Positions 1 to 12,405 of a DNA stretch of 64,000 nucleotides are shown here, in pieces. Under the pieces are notes generated by a model. That model was not told the origin of the DNA and did not search any database. It saw only the letters and a program-made list of their open reading frames with translations. How positions within the stretch are numbered: position 1 is the first letter of the stretch; every line of letters begins with the position of its first letter. Origin of the DNA: Podarcis melisellensis (Eukaryota); assembly GCA_964234715.1 (NCBI GenBank), contig OZ174276.1, one strand, 5' to 3'. Position numbers and translations under genes: made by a program.

Positions 1-37
1 ACAGCCCAGTAATAAGTCAGTAGCACAGAATGTTGAA

Positions 38-41
<4 letters not shown>

Positions 42-80
<39 letters not shown>
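42..80. repeat. (AG)n microsatellite
   Basis: Direct observation. Confidence 0.95.
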
Positions 81-83
<3 letters not shown>

Positions 84-789
84 TGAGAAAAGAAGAGTGA
101 GGAATATATTACCTATTTATTAAGCAGTCACCCTGATTTGCTCATATAAAGCTGACACAGCAGTAAATCTGGTTTTTATTGAGCATTCATTCTGATTTGT
201 TTGTGGTGCAGTTATACAACAATGAACATTCATCCTGCATTTAACCTGACTGCTTGAGGGATTTCTCTGTCATTTGAAACCTAAGCGCCAGACTGGTTTG
301 ATAGTGCTCTCATCAGAAGCATTCTTTACGGTCGGTCATAATGGAAACCTGCAGGGTACCTACTACTCCAACAGCTTTCTGGTTCTGCAGAAGACCTCTG
401 GACTCTTCTCTTTTTTCCAATGATCCATTTTAGGCAACTAGACAAGTCTGCACATTAGAGAGTAGCAGGGAAGTTTCTCCAAGATGAGGAACCAGAAAGA
501 AATCAACCCTTGTACACATGACTCCACCCCCCACCCCCAGCCAAGCGAATGGAAAGTGATCTGATGTAAAGTATTCCTTTAAAACAGAAATAATGGACAG
601 ACAAGATCCTAGTAATTATCTAAATTGTACATTCACTTGGTGGATAAAAGATGTAGGCCACAAATATCTGAAAGACCATTATGCAGTCATAAACTGTGTC
701 TGGGGGAAATCCGGATGTATGGCAACCCATGTCGCTCAACAGCTTTCCCAAACTTTGTTCAGATTTTCACTTTTTGAAATATGGCAACC

Positions 790-1090
790 CCACCCCTTCC
801 AGCCCTACAGACCCTTTAAGATATGCAGAAGGGGCTCTCATGGGAGTTCAGTCACTCTCAGAAGGGCAGAATATATGGCCTGGGAGAGGACTTTCACTGT
901 GGCATCCCCTAAACTGTGGCACTCCTTTCCCACAGAGGTATGTCTAGCACCTTCATTGTGTAGCTTTCACTGCACCTCTTTACCCTGGTCTTTGACATTG
1001 AAGATATTTTGTTTTGTGGGACACACCACTTTTGCTGAATTTATATTGTTCTGTTCTGTTGGAATGGGTTTTCTTGTTTTTGTAATTGTA
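790..1090 (+). mobile_element. Degenerate L2-like LINE 3' fragment
   Basis: gagaggactttcactgtggcatcccctaaactgtggcactcctttcccacagagg followed by a T-rich tail. Resemblance only. Confidence 0.4.
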
Positions 1091-1097
1091 ACAAATA

Positions 1098-1320
1098 CAG
1101 ACATACCTCGGGTTAAAGACGCTTCAGGTTAAATCTTTTCAGGTTGCGTCCCGCGGCGACCCAGAAGTACCGTAAAGGGTTACTTCTGGGTTTCGCAGAT
1201 GCTCAAAATGATGTCATGCGCAGAAGCAACGAATCGCGACCCGCAGACGCGGGATGCGTTCTGCTCAGGATGCGAACGGGGCTCTGGAACGGATCCTGTT
1301 TGCATCCAGAGGTACCACTG
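1098..1320. mobile_element. Tc1/mariner MITE, related subfamily
   Basis: ta|cagacatacctcgggtt...gaggtaccactg with degenerate TIRs. Confidence 0.7.
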
Positions 1321-1429
1321 AATTGTTCTACCTCTACCCCACCTCCCACAAAACTATGGTGAAGGATGGGTAAGAAATATTAGAAAAAATTGAAAAACAA
1401 ATGATACTTTCACTTGTTAGTGGATGATA

Positions 1430-1755
1430 ATTAGGTCCAGTCGTGGCCGACTCTGGGGTTGCGGCGCTCATCTCATTTTATTGGCGAAGGGAGCCGGCGT
1501 ACAGCTTCCGGGTCATGTGGCCAGCATGACTAAACCGCTTCTGGCGAATCAGAGCAGCGCATGGAAATGCCGTTTACCTTCCCACCAGAGCGGTACCTAT
1601 TTATCAACTTACACTTCATGCTTTTGAACTGCAGGGTTGGCAGCAGCAGGGACTGAGCAACGGGAGCTTACCCTGTCGCGGGGATTCGAACCGCCGACCT
1701 TCTGATCGGCAAGTCCTAGGCTCTGTGGTTTAACCCACAGCACCACCCGCATCCC
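1430..1755 (-). mobile_element. Sauria SINE (tRNA-derived), lacking its 3' tail
   Basis: Minus strand reads GGGATGCGGGTGGTGCTGTGGGTTAAACC (A box) and GGTTCGAATCCC (B box). Highly similar to the 18138 copy. Flanked by TAGTGGATGATA (1418-1429) and TAGTGGGTGATA (1756-1767). Confidence 0.9.
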
Positions 1756-2571
1756 TAGTGGGTGATATAAGCCCTTAATTAAATGGAAGTTAGTTTGCTT
1801 CATTAGATTTTCAGTGATGTGATCTGATATTCTCCAAAGAACGCCACAGCAGTGCCACATCTAGCTGGTTTCTTTCAGCAAAAAAGTAATTGGTGCGGCT
1901 CCAGCCAAACACCAGAGTCAGAACTTTTCTTCACAAGCAACTTATTACATAATAAATGCACATTGTTGTTGTTTATTCATTGCACACAGGTCCACATCTC
2001 TTCCCTCTAGTCTGTGTTTTTCCATCATGGAATGTCATATTATCCCAGCACTTGAAACACAATATTTTGCAAAGCCTCCCTTTAGATAGAACATTAATTC
2101 CTATCATGATTGCTCTGTCGCTGTGCCAATGCTGCAGGCCTCTGTTGGGTCGTAGTATTTGTGATGTTTAGAATGACAGATACTAATTCTTCTTTCTCCA
2201 TGCCTGCATTATTTTTATTTATTATGTATTTGCAAGAAGGCTTGTAAACATATTGCACAAAGGCTTTAGGAAGGGCCTTGAGGAAGTTCTTGAGTTTCAT
2301 ATCAAAGTTATTTTGGCATTCAAAGTACCCAGGGACCAGATCTGCAACTCAGCCATTCAGAGCTGCAGTGTGCCATTGATATGCTTATGTTTAATTTCCT
2401 CCGTTCTGTCAAATCCTGAGTTTACTTGAGGTCGGGACACTGTGAAGCACAGATACCTGTTGTAACCGGTGGCAAAATTGCAGTGACTGGTGGAATCAAT
2501 AGCTATGGCTTCCAGCCAGATGGCCATAAGCCCATTCCATCTTATTGCCTAGCCAGGAGCTGTTCAGAGTA

Positions 2572-2813
2572 CAGTGGTACCTCAGGTTACATACGCTTCA
2601 GGTTATATATGCTTCAAGTTACAGACTCCGCTAACCCAGAAATAGTGCTTCAGGTTAAGAACTTTGCTTCAGGATGAGAACAGAAATCGTGCTCCGGCGG
2701 CACAGCAGCAGGAGGAGGCCCCATGAGCTAAAGTGGTGCTTCAGGTTAAGAACAGTTTCATGTTAAGTAAGGACCTCCGGAACGAATTAAATACTTCACC
2801 TGAGGTACCACTG
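2572..2813. mobile_element. Tc1/mariner (Tigger-like) MITE
   Basis: TIRs CAGTGGTACCTC...GAGGTACCACTG with TA on both sides. Related copies at 5324 and 49294. Confidence 0.88.
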
Positions 2814-4059
2814 TACTCCAGCATCAGTTGGTTACATGGCAGCTGTGTGTATCTGGGGTTTGCAAGGACTTTTGCCCCTTGTGGTGGCATGGAAGGGGAG
2901 TCACACCTCTGCACAGTTTATCTGTGCATTGCACCCTAATTACCTCTCTAAGGTGCATTTACATTTAGATAAAGGGCTTGTGTTTACAGCAGTTTACAAG
3001 AAGTAACCAAAGGCATAAACCTATATTTTAATAATTGTAGAAATATCATACTTTCCTTGTCTTAAGCTTTGGCATATAACATCCATAGTCTTGTCCATGC
3101 CTGTATGGCTTTGTTGTATTGTATTGGATTTCGGTTTTTGGGGTTTTTTTTACCATTTAGTTGTTTACTGTTTGTAAGCCCCTTGAAGTAGTGGGTTAGA
3201 AGTTACCTTTGAATTAGGAATAGTGCAACTGCCCAACTGAAATGTAGCTGGAAGCACACTTTGGTTGGTCTTCTGGATAAATCAGAAGTGATGTTGTCAA
3301 CTGCTTGCCCCTTATGTTAGAGATGGTTAAGTGGTCATATTCACTGCTGAGTGAAACATTGAGTAGCGTGACCCCCCCCCCCATCCAATGGTGGATCCTA
3401 CTCAGAGTAGGCTCATTGGAATTAATGGACCTAAGTTAGTCATGGTCATTAATTTCATGGTGTCTACTCTGAATAGTACTAGCATTGGATAAAACCCAAT
3501 GAGTTTATGTTTCAGGCTGAAGTTACTGTTGTGGAATCATCCTGTTAAATACAAGCAGAGATTCCCCATTAGGGAGACAGATAAATTATGTGCCTGCTCG
3601 TGCTATTTATTTCTGAGGCTCATAATTCTGAATTAAGTGTTCCTGGTCCAAATGTGCCATGCTTTGATTGGATAGAACATTACCTGCACATTTTCCTTTT
3701 TAGTAAGCCAATTGCCAATTGTCTTTATACCTTTACACCAGATCTTCTTGTGGCCTGTTTTGTTTAGTTTTAAAAACAGCACACCAGACAATCTGGACTC
3801 AGGAAAAGATAACCCATGTTACTAATTAACTCATTATTATTTTTTTGCATTTAGCTCCATCGTATTTTTGGACACAGTCACATGTATTTAGGTGAATAGA
3901 GTTCCCCAAAAGGGCAGTACACAGGGCCCCACAGAACAGAAATATTTCACTGAATCCATTACAGAGCTTTTCTATTGCCTAAACATGGCTCTTTTTTCTT
4001 TTACACAATAAACTGAGTTAGTGAATGTCAAATGACATACATGGGTTTGTGAACTGCCA

Positions 4060-4061
4060 TT

Positions 4062-4140
<79 letters not shown>
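4060..4140. repeat. (TTTC)n microsatellite
   Basis: Direct observation, about 20 units. Confidence 0.95.
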
Positions 4141-4628
4141 ACATTTGTTAAAAATGTGTTTGTGCTGGTGACATGTCCAGTACTATACATTTGAAGTGTA
4201 TCCCATTTCTATGACCCCATTTTTGAGACTGTAGTTTTCTAGGTTATCTATAATTGCTTGTGCTGTTGCTGGCTATATAAATATAGTATTTATCACATTT
4301 GAAGTCATGACACCTTTTTCCTGATAACTAATAAAATTGTTTTACTTGTAGCGTAATACTTGACTTTTCCTCGTGATTTACGGAAAAGGTTTTTTTTCAT
4401 TAAGGCTAAATCTCTTGGAATGAATGGCATATTGTCAGATTGGACTTGAGGAAAGCCATTGCGGGGGGGGGGGATGTCCTGCAGAATTTATAAAAGCTTG
4501 GGGGGGGGGGAAGAGTGGATGCCAAATGACTACTATGAGTCCTTAATCTATCGTCTCCTCTACTTTTATACGTAAAAAGGAAAAGACAGAATGCTGCCGC
4601 TATAGAGGCATTTTGTTATTACTAACAG

Positions 4629-4916
4629 CAACAAATGATATGGTGCAGCAGCAGATTCCCTTAAAGAAGATCATGCTGATATGCCCAGCAGATGATAGAT
4701 TAGGTCGAACTAGATGTGACAGCAGCCGTTCTGTACTTTTAAACCTGGAACAGCTTCAGTCACATAGAAACAGGGGGTCTAGTCTTAAAAGGAGAAGGAG
4801 CAAGTGGCTGAAGGAGCTGTGGCTTCTCTCCTCAAACACTTTTCTCTTAGCGAGGGCAACTTTTAATGCTGGAAATTCTGCTGGGAGAAAAGTTTCCAAA
4901 GGGACAGTGCAGGGTG
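4629..4916 (+). CDS. Candidate further-upstream WIZ exon (288 nt, phase 1-1; ATG 4640)
   Basis: Acceptor ttactaacag, donor GTG|GTAAGC. Lies in ORF 4613..4942 and its phase matches candidate exon 10423. No homology recognised. Confidence 0.35.
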
Positions 4917-5323
4917 GTAAGCTCTGTGTTTTGGTGGGGTGAGGATTCAGCAGTGTTCATTCATTCCCCCCTCTTCATTGCTTTTAAAACCAGATTCTCC
5001 CTCCCACCCCTCTTTCCATGCCATTGGGCCTGTCCTGTATTCAAACACACAAAATTGTTGATGTCATCTAGTTTGATCTTCTGGGGTAGTTTTCCAAAGT
5101 CCCTGTTAGGCTTGGATGTGATCTCTCTGTTGCCATCCGCTCTGATATTTTATAATGTGAACAGTTTATAAATCTTTTAAAATAATAAAATCTATCTTAT
5201 GGAAGAAGGACAGTAAGGCCAATTCTTTTGAGCATTTAACCAGTGTTTTACATTTTATGCTCTTAACATATGTTATCCAAATATTTATTTATTTTTTATG
5301 TTCAAGGCATAGTAATTCATGTA

Positions 5324-5565
5324 CAGTGGTACCTTGAGTTAAGTACTTAATTCGTTCCGGAGGGCCGTTCTTAACCTGAAACTATACTTAACCTGAAGCA
5401 CCACTTTAGCTAATGGGGCCTCCCACTGCTGCTGCGCCGCCGGAGCATGATTTCTGTTCTCATCCTGAAGCAAAGCTCTTAACCCGAGGTATTATTTCTG
5501 GGTTAGCGGAGTCTGTAACCTGAGGTGTATGTAACCTGAAGCGTATGTAACCCGAGGTACCACTG
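5324..5565. mobile_element. Tc1/mariner MITE, same family as 2572, opposite orientation
   Basis: Same TIRs and TA TSD. The interior is the reverse complement of the 2572 copy. Confidence 0.88.
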
Positions 5566-5683
5566 TATCTTCATGTAATATGGTAATTCATGTCCAATGT
5601 GCTTTCCATAAACCTCAATCCTGATCCTTCATATATCAGTATTAAAGTTGGCTTTAGTAATTTTATTTTCAAAAAATATGCCT

Positions 5684-5755
5684 AAGAATCATAAAATTGT
5701 AGAATTGTGGAGTTGGAAAGGGACTCTAGGGTCATCTACTCCAACCCCCTGCAAT
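5684..5755 (-). mobile_element. CR1 LINE 3' end remnant
   Basis: agaatcataaaattgtagaattgtggagttggaaagggactctagggtcatctactccaaccccc resembles the reverse complement of a CR1 terminus with its octamer tail. Confidence 0.6.
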
Positions 5756-7659
5756 TCAGTGCAGGCTGTTTTTCTTGGTTAGAGGAAGGTAAGCTTGGAA
5801 TTGTTTGATGCGTTAGTGTCTTTTGAAAAGAATATAAGGATTACCAATTATTTTCTTAAGCAACACAGCTCTGGATCTTATGAACAGCTCAAGACTATGA
5901 ACCTGATGTAGGCCTGGCAGGGTGGTTTGTGCTAAGCATCAGAGCAGACTAGAGGAGAGGTCAGTTGGAGAACTGTAGCTGTTACATGGTTCACAAAAAA
6001 CAGTAAAGCATACACCAATATAATGGCAGATAAGATGGCAGATAAGTAGCACTTCTGCATCATTTTAAAAACTCGATTGCTATATCTATTCTTTCATTGA
6101 AAAAACGGATCAGATTGTACTATTTAGATTATGAGGATGCTTTCTAGCTTTGAAACTGTGGCTGTGATTAAAGGGGAAAACTGCTGCCTGCGCTGTGTGT
6201 GTGTGTGTTGTTTTTCTAAAAACCCACGACTCCCATTCTTGAATATTCAGAAGCAAAGTTTATTTTGGATTACCAGAGAGGTTAAAATGTTCGCCTCTAA
6301 GATCAAGACATTAAATTCTCTCATCTCTTGCTGTTTCCAAGAAATGAGGTCTTGCAGCACAGAGTACAGTTTTGTGCTCATCAGTAAGAAGATAAATCGT
6401 TCTGTTTTTCCTCTAAAGGAGATCGTTTCTAAAAATAGAAATGCTAGAGCTCTCATGAACAAAAGAATTCCTAAGATCCACCTCTGCCATTGTCCTTCTC
6501 TCTTTATCTGTACTTCTACTGCTTTTTCCTTAACAGCTCCATATTTTTAATACTTCAAAATTTACCTTTCTTTGTCCCTTTATAAAGATTGCAGTTCTCT
6601 CCAGCTTCTTTTCTCCCTTTCAAGTGAAACTAGCCTACTTGGTATCTTTTCCCCCTGAACAAACAGGACCCTGCTCTTTGTCCACCAACATATTAATTTC
6701 ATTTTTTTGCTGTCTTGCAAAACACTCTTTAAAAATGTGAAGAACTTTTGGACAGGCAGTGTTCTAAAACTTCAGAGGTGTTATCTCTTTTGGCCTGGAT
6801 TTCCATCAGGTTTGTAACAGAAATCTGGAGATACTCCATGTCTTGGCTTGAAGATGGTGTATAATAGAGTCTTTCATTCTCTTTCACGGACGTATTTAAG
6901 CAGAGGCTGTTTGGAAAAGATTCACTTCCATCCAAGCTACGGCATGGCTGTGCATCTTGAATCAAAGTCTGACAGTGAAGATAAATATGCACATTTGTTG
7001 CACGCATGTCCTGCTCGTGGGTTTCCCATGGACATCTGGTTGGCCACAGCAAGAAGAGAATGCTGAACTAGCTAGGCTTTTAATGTGGTCCAAAGGAACT
7101 CTTTGTATGTCCTCAGACTAGTGGGAGAGCACTCAGTCTGTTCAGTCCAAACATAACCGTTTCTCCTGGGACAGGTTTTGGAAAAGTGTTCCATTCTGCA
7201 GTTGTTCAAAGTATTTCCATTTAAGTGTGGGAGATTCATCTCTGGATGCCACTGATTGCCTTGTACACACCTCCTTTCCAATTCTCAGATTAGTTTTGCT
7301 ATTGGTTTGGGGTTTTTTTTAATCTTTGATCTCTGTTTTATCTGTATGTGCAGCTTCCTCTTTTTTTTAAGTGAATAGCCCACATGAAGCATAACTGGGA
7401 AGGTTGAACTTTCTGTTTGACTTGCTGTTATGTAAGTATACCAGGCAAGCTGAGAAGCTGGCCTGAAGGCAAACTCACACTGATAAAATGCTATATCTGT
7501 CTTCGGCCTGGATTGGCACGGGTAACTTTTCCTTCCTAGGATCATTGCAAGTGACTATCACATTGAATTGTAAAGCTTGCCTACCGTTAGTACGAAATAC
7601 AAAACCTGCTGTTTTATTTTCTTCTCTTTAGACTCTCCTCCCTGAAAGAGAGGGGAGTG

Positions 7660-8388
7660 GTTGTGGGCGGGAGCCCGAGCACCGCCCAGCAGGGGGTGTT
7701 GCCCTGCCTCCAGCTCACCTGGCTGGTCTCACGTCCCCCCCCCCCGGTGGCCACCCAACCAGGTGCCGCGGTGGGGGCATGTTCAGCAGCCTTTTGCTGC
7801 AGCGCCAGCCTTTCCCTGGCCTCATTCCTTGTCGTCGTCCCATCACGAGTCACCCACCCTCCACTCCCTTTTAGTTAGGGCTTAGGTCATTGGCCTTGCT
7901 ATGGACCTTAGGTTGGTTGCCCGGGGGGCCTGGTAGGAGTTTTCCCATTTGGCAATAGGCTTTTTGGTTTTTTCGCCTACCTCGTAGCAATTGTCACAAC
8001 TTTTGTGGTATTGGTGGGTAGGTTAGGCATTGGAATAATGTGTTGTGGTGTGTCGAAGTGCTAGGTGTGGCCATCGCCTATGCCTTCAATTTTTAGGGGT
8101 ATTCCGTTAAAGGAATCTGGCGGTCGTGTATTCTGTCCGATGCCTGCTTGGCGGGAGGCCATGGCACGACCCGCGGTGACAGTAGGGGTGAGCCTATAGT
8201 TGGATTAGCATCAACAGGTGATGAACCCCTGGTGAATAAACCCACTTGTTTCGATCCAATGCCTAAGCCAATACCTTTTCATTGCTGTAATCAATAAAGT
8301 TGTGGCCTTTTCTAGCCCATTAACCTTATATCACATGTCCTTGTGTCTTCATTTCACTTCGCGGGGGTTGGGCCCTCGAACCACAACA
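7660..8388 (+). mobile_element. GC-richer interspersed element, possibly a solo LTR or DIRS/Ngaro-type terminal repeat
   Basis: Composition differs from flanks. Imperfect inverted ends gttgtgggcgggagccc / gggccctcgaaccacaac and AATAAA at 8293 near the 3' end. No clear TSD, so the family is unassigned. Confidence 0.45.
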
Positions 8389-9281
8389 TGTTCATTGCAC
8401 TACAAATGTAAACAATGCCTGATATAACCGGGATGCCATTGCGTTTCGAGTCCGTGAAGGCATTCAGGTGCAGGAAGGAATGTACAAAGACTCAGTCACA
8501 AAAATGGACGGCGCAGATTCAGGCTTTTTCAGTTTCAACCTGATACTCCTGTCCTGTCCTGTGCTCTCCAGTAGCACTTGGTTGACCCTGTAAGCTCTGG
8601 CATTTTGTCAAATGTGCCTCTTCCCTTTAGAGCCACATATTAACAATATTTTTATTTGTAGCAATGTATGTCAGCAAGATGCCACCATTCCTTCCACCTG
8701 CCGGTACTCTCAAAACTTTAGAAATTGCCTCAGCAAAAACCTCTGCTGAGTTATGGCCAAACTCCCAACTCTTTTTCTCCCCAGCACTTGATCCCTGTCA
8801 AAATAAATAACAGTGTTAGAGAGCAACTTTTATTAGAATTACAGCAGGGGTAGAAAGGGTTAAACTCCCAGTCTGTGATCCCAGTAACCCCCACCCCATG
8901 CTATTTGTTGAAAAACAAAACATAGCCCTGTCCATTAAATGTGAAACATATATTCAACACCATGTGTAGTTTGGGCCTTAGTGTTATAACCCTAGTGCTT
9001 CTGAGTTCTGCATTTATTAAATTGGTTCTGTTTTCAGTATCATCTCCATTTTATTTGACTAACATCCAGGTATTGTTAAATTCTTATCATCAGTTGAAAG
9101 TTAGCGAAAACCCTGTTGCTCCACCATTTGGGGACAAAATGGGTATGAAATATACATGCCAAGTTCGGTTCTTGAATCATGTTAAAACCACCTTTAGTTA
9201 GTACAGTGTATGACTTCTGTAGTTCCTCTCCCTAAGCCATTTTATTAGTAGTCAGGTTCTGGGAAGGAAAGGACTCTTTGA

Positions 9282-9472
9282 GGAAAGAGCCATAGCTCAG
9301 CAGTAGAGCATCTGATTTACATGGTGAAGTTTCCAGGTTCAACCCCTGGCACCTCCAAGTAAGGCTGGAAGAGACTCCTGCCTGAAATCCAGGAGAGCTG
9401 CTGCCAGTTAGTGTAGACAATAATAGGCTAAACATACCATTGGTATGACTTGGTGTGAAGCGCCATCCTATG
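9282..9472 (+). mobile_element. Older tRNA-derived squamate SINE (Squam3-like)
   Basis: tRNA-like head gccatagctcagcagtagagc..ggttcaacccc followed by a non-tRNA body. A degenerate minus-strand relative lies at 39880-39983. Confidence 0.7.
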
Positions 9473-10422
9473 CACTGTGGCGTCAGCAACACACAGTTTC
9501 CCACTGCAGACCATCTTGCTGGGAATTTTGTAGAATTAAACCAGATTACATTGCACTTTGGCATAGAATTGGGTCCTAGAGCTGTGTATGGATTCTAACA
9601 AAAGAAAAGGTTCAGTGGAAGCTTTGGCCAGATATTGGTGGCTGCTTCCTTTTGCCAACGTAACAGAAGATTGGGATGAATCAAGCCTGCATTCCACACA
9701 GAACTGGAAGTGACTGAGTGTGGGCATTCATTGCAGATCTAGCAGGTCAAGATATACTATCATAATGTGAGCTTTAGCACACCCTCCATGTGTTACGAGC
9801 TGTAAGCAGGGCTTTGTGTCTCTCACACCCACTCCTGTTTTCTGCACAAAAGAAAGCCAACTTTCCAGTGTGGAAACACAAATTTCCAGTGTGGTGGTGC
9901 AGTCTGGCTCAAGAGGTGGTTGGTGGGTTGGTGGGTAGGGTGACTTTAACTGTTTGTCCACAGCTATGATACTGATTCAGATCTGGCCATCTGCACCAGC
10001 AGTTTATGGGGGGGGGGAGAGAGAGAGAGACTCCTTTTTGCTTCAGTTGAAATTATCTCACTTTGCAGAGGAAGCAAATTTGTATTTTGATACTAAGGCA
10101 CTAGAATGGGTGTTTGTTTGTTTTTATACTACTTATAAGATGGATTCTTGGACATGCTTTATTTTACATCTATCTTGTTTCATTTTAAACTGCTTAACTG
10201 CTAGAATGATTATATATCAAATTGTTGGTGCTTGGGATTAAACAGTGTGGGTTAGAAATCCCATACTAATCCAAACCCGCCCTGAGGAAGGGACACAAAC
10301 TGGGTGGGTTTAGCTGCTTGGAAAGCTTTATAGCTATAACATTACATGTTTTGTAAAGTACACTTGAAGCCCCAGTATGCTGCACAAGTCAGGCATATGA
10401 TGCTGCCTTTTCTCTCTTGCAG

Positions 10423-10483
10423 ATGAGCCCAATCCTTCTCCTTGTGCTGTTGTCTCAAACACAACTCGCAAGAAGGAAGCCTG
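10423..10483 (+). CDS. WIZ: Candidate upstream WIZ exon (61 nt; (D)EPNPSPCAVVSNTTRKKEAC if coding)
   Basis: Strong acceptor ccttttctctcttgcag and consensus donor CTG|GTAAGT. It is open in the frame that joins exon 12406 (phase 2). Confidence 0.55.
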
Positions 10484-12405
10484 GTAAGTGTTGAAATTGC
10501 TAGAGGAAGAATTACAGGGCTTGGCATTTTTAATCTCTGTGGGCCAGTTCCCAAGGTCTTTCATTTGTATTGCAACATCAAGCTTAGTATAATACCATTC
10601 AATATAACATGTGTGCCTTCACTCATGTAATCCTTCCTGGAAAATTTCCCTGGGTTCTCGTTTTGAAGTGGGTCATAGTCAAGTCAGAGAAGCTTGCTGC
10701 TCAGGTCATTGGATCAATGGATAGAATATATACCTGCCACTTGATTATTGATCCTACGCTGAGCGATGAGCAGTTGGTTATAAACATAACAAACAAACAA
10801 ACTTGAAAATAAAATCTGATAAATCAGTGAGACTTGTTGCCTAGCAAAGGCACATAAGACTGCAGTGTGAGCTCAGTCTCTAGGCCTTTATGTTGCATGA
10901 AGCTTCAACCATTCATTATCAGATTTCTCTACTCTTCATTGTTCTATGGGCTTGGCAGAGGATATGCTGGCTCCATTAAGTGCTCTTGTTTTCTTTCCCT
11001 GCCATCTGGGATGACCTTGGCCAAGGAAGATGTTGAAAGTACTTGCATTATGGAACTCCGATGAAGTGTATAGTTCATTTCAGACAAGTCTGTCTTTACT
11101 TTAGCCCAGAGAGAAAACAATCCAAACATAGCTTCTGCTGAAAGAAGTCAGCATCCAAAAGGCGCAAGGAGTCTAAAATGAATGAGTACAGAAATTCAAT
11201 GGTGTAAATTGAAAGTACAAAAAGTAAAACGATGATGGAACAATGGCTAGGAGGTGGGACAGCTTCAGATCCATTAACCAAACATTTTTAAAATCATGGT
11301 TAGCACTGGGCATTTTCTTCCCCCTCCCCCAGAAAATGTAGATGTGTGAGGCTCTAATCTGGATCTGGACTATGAAGCACCTCAAAAGTAGTGTTTACTG
11401 CAAGTAGTGCTTTTGGGCAGCCAATAGTAGATGGGGAGAACAGGGTTTTTTTTGTCAGAAGAGGCATGGAGAAAAGAGAGTTAGAAAACAAACCTGCTGT
11501 ACAGCTGCTTTTTCTAAAAATAAAAAAAAAGAATCTGGGAAGTGACAAGCATGTTTAAAATAACCTGTGGTTTGGCCCTGTGACTTTGCTCCAGAAGCAT
11601 CATGGCAAGTTTTATATCTCTTTAATGAGGTAAATGGTAGAAAACAACAGCAACAAAAAACACTGCTAATGAATATGGCTCATGACCCAATGGCAAGTAC
11701 TACAGAGTCGCTTAGCAAAATTAAGGCTGTTTCCAGTGCAGGAAATGAAAGGTTTCTTTTGGATAATTGAACAATAGTAGGTTATGAAGGGACAATGTAA
11801 ACTTTAGATAGCATTATCTAGTTAGAAACATATATGAAGTCCTGTCTCTTTATGATGATAAAGTGACTAAAATTGGCTCTGAGAGGTACAAAAAATTAAA
11901 ATTATCACAGTCTCTGCCTTCCGATTTAAAATATAAAGGCCATACTATGAAAAGAGAAAGATATATAATGAGGGTAAAATAGGAGAATTCAGAAAAAGCC
12001 AATTTTAATACAAAATACTTTATGGTTACATAGTAGCCAGATAGAATAGCTACTGAGGTGAAAGTGCTAAGAGAAGAGGATCCAAATGGCAGTAGCCACC
12101 AACAGGTTGAGCTGATAGAGTAGGGCTTTGAGGTGTTGTGTTGCCTTTTGTGAAGAGGAATGATTCATCTGAGAATGTTGTTGTTTGAGTGATGGAAGTG
12201 CACAGGGAGATGTATACAGGCATTTGAAATGTTGCATGCACACCAGTTTTCCATGCAGCAGCAAAGGGAGGGCTGTGTAGAATGCATGATCTCAGCTGTG
12301 ACTTAAGAGTCAATAAATAGTTCATGATTATAAATGCATATATCTTTTTAGAGCAACAATTCAATACATTTCCTGTAGCTGATTTTTGTTGACTGTTCTT
12401 TTCAG

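Noticed and set aside
140-460. TATA box (145-150) and ATG 341 as the long-WIZ promoter and first exon
   Set aside because: The ORF stops after 38 codons, there is no convincing donor, and a lone TATAAA in AT-rich DNA is uninformative.
3972-4190. ORF with ERKK repeats
   Set aside because: Translation of the (TTTC)n microsatellite.
8504-8589. ATG-GAC-GGC (MDG...) with a phase-2 GTAAGC donor as the WIZ first coding exon
   Set aside because: The phase fits exon 12406 and MDG recalls human WIZ, but the rest of the peptide shows no resemblance, the exonic donor context (CCT) is poor and it is out of phase with the stronger 10423 exon. Not excluded, but unsupported.
9282-9355. tRNA gene
   Set aside because: The tRNA-like head is degenerate and continues into a SINE body. 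The same applies to the A/B boxes of the Sauria SINEs.
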